This document shows positions 36,809 through 41,748 of a stretch of DNA of 41,748 nt, piece after piece. Within the stretch, counting starts at the first letter, position 1. Every line of letters begins with the position of its first letter. The translations under genes were made by a program, and so were the position numbers. Under the pieces are notes generated by a model. It was given only the letters and a program-made list of their open reading frames with translations. It was not told the DNA's origin and searched no databases. The stretch comes from Perkinsus olseni (Eukaryota), in assembly GCA_013115125.1 (NCBI GenBank), contig JABANN010000045.1:62001-103748 (forward strand). Reading direction: 5' to 3'.

Positions 36809-38653
36809 TAAAGGGAAGACTGCACACAAGGATAGTGTCAGGCAGGCAGGCAGAGAAACATCACTTTAGCAGCCGGGGTTTGCCCTACTCTCTGCCTGAG
36901 TGCAGCTCTCCGTGCTCAATACCCATGCCTAAACTCATCCCTCTTGAAACAAGAAACATCGGTCCTTGTCGGGCTGAGCCGGTTTTCGTCGTTGGACCCA
37001 AATCTCACACACATAGTCGCACAATAATGAAATTGTAGGAAGATAAGCGGAACTCCGTTCTTGCTTCTCTGAGACACTGTCTTAGGCTCTTAGTAAATCA
37101 GCGTCTAGCTCTCTGATGATGAGAAGTTCTGGGGGACAACCTCCAGGAGCCCATGAGGTACATCAACGGGGAGGGCATCTGCAAGAGATATCCTTATCAG
37201 AGCCACCGCCTCATACACGGATGTCTGCGTGCAAGCCGAAAAACGCCACATGGTAATCACTTTTGGAGGGGCGTAGTGATGACCGCACCCCAGGTCAGTA
37301 ATGGTCACACATCAGCCACTCCCACTCCCATCACGGAAGTTCAATGCATATCTTAACCTTTCACCAAACTGTATAACACAACAAGCTTTTATTCAACGTA
37401 GCTTTTAGCAGATTATCTATCGGGATATGAGGTAGGCGCTCAATGTACCCTCACTGATCTATACAGCAGCGAAGCAATGAAGCTAGGACACGAGACCACT
37501 CACAATAGGAGATATCATCGTGACATCACTCATTACTACAGCGCTGATATGGACGACGATACGTATACATATTCAATATCAAATCAGCATGCGATAATCA
37601 ACCAGACTTATGCCGGGCACGACAATACAATTGAATTCGCAGCTGAGACGACGTTGTTAATGAGAACGAGTGGGCCGAAGAGAACACTATTACTGATGAC
37701 GAGCAGCAGCAGCAAGATCGGAGCGGCCGCAGCGGTAGGGAATAATAACTCTATGAATCAATGGTTCTATGAGCACAACGTGGACAACAGCAATGATCAT
37801 AGCATAAATTACCACGGAAAAATACAACGTGAAATGTTGCAACCGTAACAACAGATGACTGATGCTACAGAAAATACGGTGGCAGTAATGCTAACTAATC
37901 ATACTGGAAAATAGTAGCCCTTGAAGTGTGACGGGCCGCAGCCCGAGCGACCGATGGGTAATAGTAGCAATCGAAGAGCGACGTTACGATGTCTACAACT
38001 TGTCGAAGGGCGTTTATTGCAGTCGAGTGCACACTAGACGATATCATCAAACCACCTCGAGTGGCTCCGGGGGAGTGCATGGTGATATAGAGAACAACGA
38101 TTCATTGATGAAGGAGCTCATGCTACTGGCCAACTCGATAAGAGCTAATGAATGCTGCTACTGCTCGCTGTTCTCGTTGATGGCTTTGTTGGACGCTGTT
38201 GTAGTAGTGGTAGTATCGGAGACCAACCAGCAATAGTGTAGGCCACACCATCTCACCTATAATTCATGATCATCATCATCGACAACAACAACAACTGATA
38301 CGCAAATAAAACAATATCAAAGATTCAGCATATTACAGGGAATAACTATATCGGGTTAATGGTACAGAGAATAACGAAAGGAGGAGGGAGAATGAGGATG
38401 AGGGAGAGAGAGAGCCGGATAATCATAATAATACCATCACCAAACATGGGACCATAGCAGCAGCCATAACCAAATAGCTGCAACCTCAACAACTACGACA
38501 AGTAGGCATGTACTACCGTCTAACGCTAGGACAACGTCATTGCATCATCATCATCATCAGCGAGGGAGCGGCTTCTCATCCAACCAGCAACTCAGGAAGC
38601 GAGCGATGAGCAATCACGAAGTCACATAGCGTTAGAAAAGACCATATCGACTG

Positions 38654-40180
38654 CTAAGGCCCCCCTCGAGAGGAGTGTACTCGGATAGGAGGGGGCGGGC
38701 CTTCGTAGCGCAGCAGCTTGCCATTAGGACCATTGAAGCCAGCAAGTCCTCCACTAGGTGGGGAGGGATGGTGCCGATGCTCGAAGGTTGCTGGTGGTGG
38801 TGGCGGCACTGGCGGAGGGGGTGGCGGAGGAATCGCTGGTGGCGGCCCTCGGTAGCCCACTGGCGGCATGGGAGGGGGAGGCGGCGGCGGAGGGCCCGCT
38901 GGAACACATCTCGGCTTAGCAGAAGGCGGTGGGGGAGGGGGAGCTCCCGCCATAGACTTGCCCGGAGAAGCGAAGATCATGCCGCTGTTATTGGCGATGG
39001 TACGGTGACCCGATGGGTAACTATTCTCAGCAGACGGGGCTATCAGCAAGAGGGCTGCCTCCAGTCTTCGGCGTGAGTGCAGCGAATTGTCGATACAACC
39101 TCGGGAGTCCGGAGGGTGCTCGACATTGACGCTAGTAGTACCACATCTATAAATGGAGCTACGCCAGAGGGACTTAGAATAGCGTTGAGTACTGCCTTCC
39201 ACACTCGATGAAGTGATGACGCTGCCGCTCGTCCTACTGGAACTTGTCGAGCAATCCTCGTCGCCTGGCTTGTCAAGGTTACCGAAGAAAGCATCTATGA
39301 TACGGACAGTGTCACCTAGGTCATAGGCTGAGTAGCTCAGATTGGTCACAGCAGGGTCTCGGCCTAGGATCTTGATATCATAGAGCCGCGGGAAGTACTC
39401 GGCCACGAGCTCACTGAACTGGCTGTGGTGATCGGGCAAGGGCTTGCCAGTGAGGATTTTCAGCAACGACGCGAAGACGATACCACCGGAACTGACCAGC
39501 CACGCAACCTCCTCCGATAAAACGATCCCGCTTGACATGAGAAATTCCCCAAAAACGTCGTGTTCGATTCCCCTGTGCATCGCCACTGCAAAGTCGAGGC
39601 CCGCCCCGCCAACTTCCACCGAGCTGCCGAGCACTTCAACCCTATCAGCCGCGTAAAGATCCGTGAGTAAGTTGAACTTGAAGTTGAGCTTCCAACAGCA
39701 CCGCCCCGGTCCGAGGTTGGGATGGGGCGCACAGTTCCCTCGAGCATCGGCAAAGGAGAAGCATACTTGAACTATTTTAACGAGGTCAACGTTGGCCTTC
39801 ATAAACCGGTAATTGTACTCGTCAGTATTCTCGAAAGGACCTAAGGTGCGGAAAAGTTGGTATCAAAGCACTCCTGTTGCAATCAAGAGCGAGCGTAGCG
39901 GGTGAACCCATCCTAGCCCTGTCCGCGGCGTACCCGTTGGCCTGGCGACAATTCCCGGCAGCCTGACGTCCATCGCTATGTAGGGGTACTTCTCCACCAC
40001 GTTACGCATTATTTCAGCTTCTTCCTCGAAGTTCGATGCCCAAACATCAACCACTTGTGCCTTCTCTCTACTACCACCCCCTGGATCCCCGACCGGGCAC
40101 TGGGGGCAACTAGATTGAGCCCCTAGGGAAACCGCGTTCAATACGCGAGCTGTTTGCTGTTTGAAGTCCAGATATCTCAT
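38654..40180 (-). CDS. CAF1: CAF1/POP2 (CNOT7/8)-family deadenylase-like protein with a degenerate active site and polyproline tail
   Basis: VVDVWASNFEEEAEIMRNVVEKYPYIAMDVRLPGIVARP, intron 39841-39933, then NYRFMKANVDLVKIVQV, WKLNFKFNLLTDLYA, FGEFLMSSGIVL, LLKILTGKPLP and YFPRLYDIK. The C-terminus has PPPPPPPPMPP tracts. Confidence 0.88.
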
Positions 40181-40444
40181 GGGCCTGGCCGATGGCCGTG
40201 AGGGAAGTAAAGGACACTAAGGAGAGGAAATTATAGGGGGTTACTTGCGATTGACGCACGATTCCAAAATCACTGCCGCACGCCTGCCCATCTTGAAATC
40301 TTGTGAAATCTTAAGCTTTCTTAACGCATACCATCATGATTCGCGTTTGAGCATCTGTGCGGGATCAAATCGCTTTCTATGCTGACGAGTACATGCGTGT
40401 TAGTAAAGTGGTTTGAATTGGGACAATCGTCCTTCCGCCGGGAT
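40181..40444. promoter_or_regulatory. Probable bidirectional promoter between the CAF1-like and sphingolipid synthase genes
   Basis: 264 nt separate the divergent ATGs. A tandem ATCTT(G)/GAAATCTT repeat lies at 40290-40312. Confidence 0.4.
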
Positions 40445-41748
40445 ATGGGAGGCGACGCGTCACTGAGTGGACGGCAGCAAGCACGCCATAGTGCCTTATT
40501 CGACTTCATCTGCCAACCTATGAAGCAACTAGCATGTAATACCCGGCTTGGGCGGCTATCACTACTCAGGGACTTTCAGGCTGGCAGCTGGTCGCGGGGT
40601 GCCTCTGGATGGCTGCTTGTGCCTACGTAAACTGTATCTCCCAGGTAGGTCCTGTCCTCCTGGGCCCGCCGTACATCCCCTCTCCTCAGATCTATGTCGA
40701 CAAGTTTCAAAACGAGCACTACCATGGTCGGACACCGGAGCTGCTACCGGACTTAGGATTCTACTTTTTACCCCATATTGAGATACCCCACTTAGCAGAC
40801 TACTGGAACGTGGCCATTGTCGTGGGCACTATGGTCCCGGTAGTAGTACTGGGCGGAAGAAATAAAATCGGCTTTCGCGGGGAAGTTTAGTTCCGTGTAA
40901 ATCGAAATCAAACCTGCAACTCAAAATCGACTTACACGCAAAGGCAGCTGCAGGATCTGCTGCTACTTCCAGAATTATTTTGGGGACATTCCCGATGCCG
41001 CGCCTGTGCACAGTGCACCCGATGGAACTGTTGAACGTGTATCCCTCAGGTTGTGCTATTCCACCCGAAGCGGCGGAAAGTGGTAATACCCACCTTCCCC
41101 TCCCAGTTCGGACCCATGTCTGTAGATTCTGCGTTTCCTGGCGATCCAGGGTTCGGTATTCCTGCTGCGCAGCGCCACTATTATCGTAACATTATTGCCA
41201 CCACCTTACCAACTTTGCGTCAACGTCTCAAGCCCTGACGAGAACGTACGTCCTATCGGCAGCACAGTCGCGTGACAGCAACGCTTCGCCTGTTAGGTTT
41301 TTCTCGAGGCCGTCAAAATCGTCCTGGGCATCCGCTTCACCTGCGGGGACATCCTTTTTTCTGGTAATCTCAGGAGTATTCTCATAATCGCAAAACGCCT
41401 TGCCGTAGGTCACGCCGCGAATTTCACTTTGATGGCCCTCATCTGGTCGGAGTACGGCTACGGCTTCCTTGCAGTGGACGCAAGTACTGCTCTACCGTTG
41501 ATTTGCGACCGGCCTTGCATGTCTCATGCTCAGCCACTCGGGGATATTCAGCACTAGGGGGAAGCAACCGCGGACAAATTGGCGGCCGGCATCGCGGAGG
41601 CCCTGTCCTGCATTTTGTGTTCCGTCGGCTGTTGCCTTTGTTATGGTGGGCAGCAGCAATCTCGGGGTAGGCCTGGCCGGTCTGGTCTGCCCCTCAGCCC
41701 CCTGCCTTGTAAGGTACTTCGTCATCGTAGCGACACGGTTCCACTACA
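40445..41748 (+). CDS. Sphingomyelin synthase / inositol-phosphorylceramide synthase family protein, truncated by the window end
   Basis: Spliced reading shows all four family motifs: LLPDLGFYFLP (D1), FLLRSATIIVTLLPPPYQLC (D2), TCGDILFSGH (D3, catalytic His) and IVATRFHY at the last bases (start of D4), with hydrophobic segments between them. Confidence 0.85.

Noticed and set aside
37477-37848. 123-aa Asn/His/Thr-rich ORF
   Set aside because: Explained by low-complexity strand-biased sequence; no domain.
1-41748. CRISPR arrays, tRNA/rRNA genes, prokaryotic operons, intact transposase or reverse transcriptase ORFs
   Set aside because: None recognised. The region is eukaryotic and largely accounted for by spliced host genes.

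Overview
This is intron-dense eukaryotic DNA with mostly 40-60 nt GT-AG introns and very short intergenic gaps. The architecture resembles a Perkinsus-type alveolate (inference). The ORF track fragments every gene, so I assembled the models by hand across splice sites. From left to right: a hypothetical gene (-); a pseudogenised PLP-dependent class-V aminotransferase/cysteine desulfurase-like gene (-); then a ~30 kb all-plus block of SAS10/UTP3, eIF2B-gamma, an FLZ-type zinc-finger protein, two coiled-coil genes and a full-length axonemal dynein heavy chain (DNAH2/inner-arm I1-beta type). The window ends with a catalytically degenerate CAF1/POP2-like gene (-) divergent from a sphingomyelin/IPC-synthase-like gene (+, truncated). 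The strongest unexplained signal is three independent, exact copies of one 22-nt scar geometry: 7 nt of an 8-mer, its full reverse complement, then the other 7 nt (net +14 bp). This is the product expected from hAT-type hairpin excision followed by annealing of the opened hairpins. One scar frameshifts the aminotransferase, and a SAS10 intron is a chain of similar fold-backs. I recognised no tRNA, rRNA, CRISPR array or transposase.
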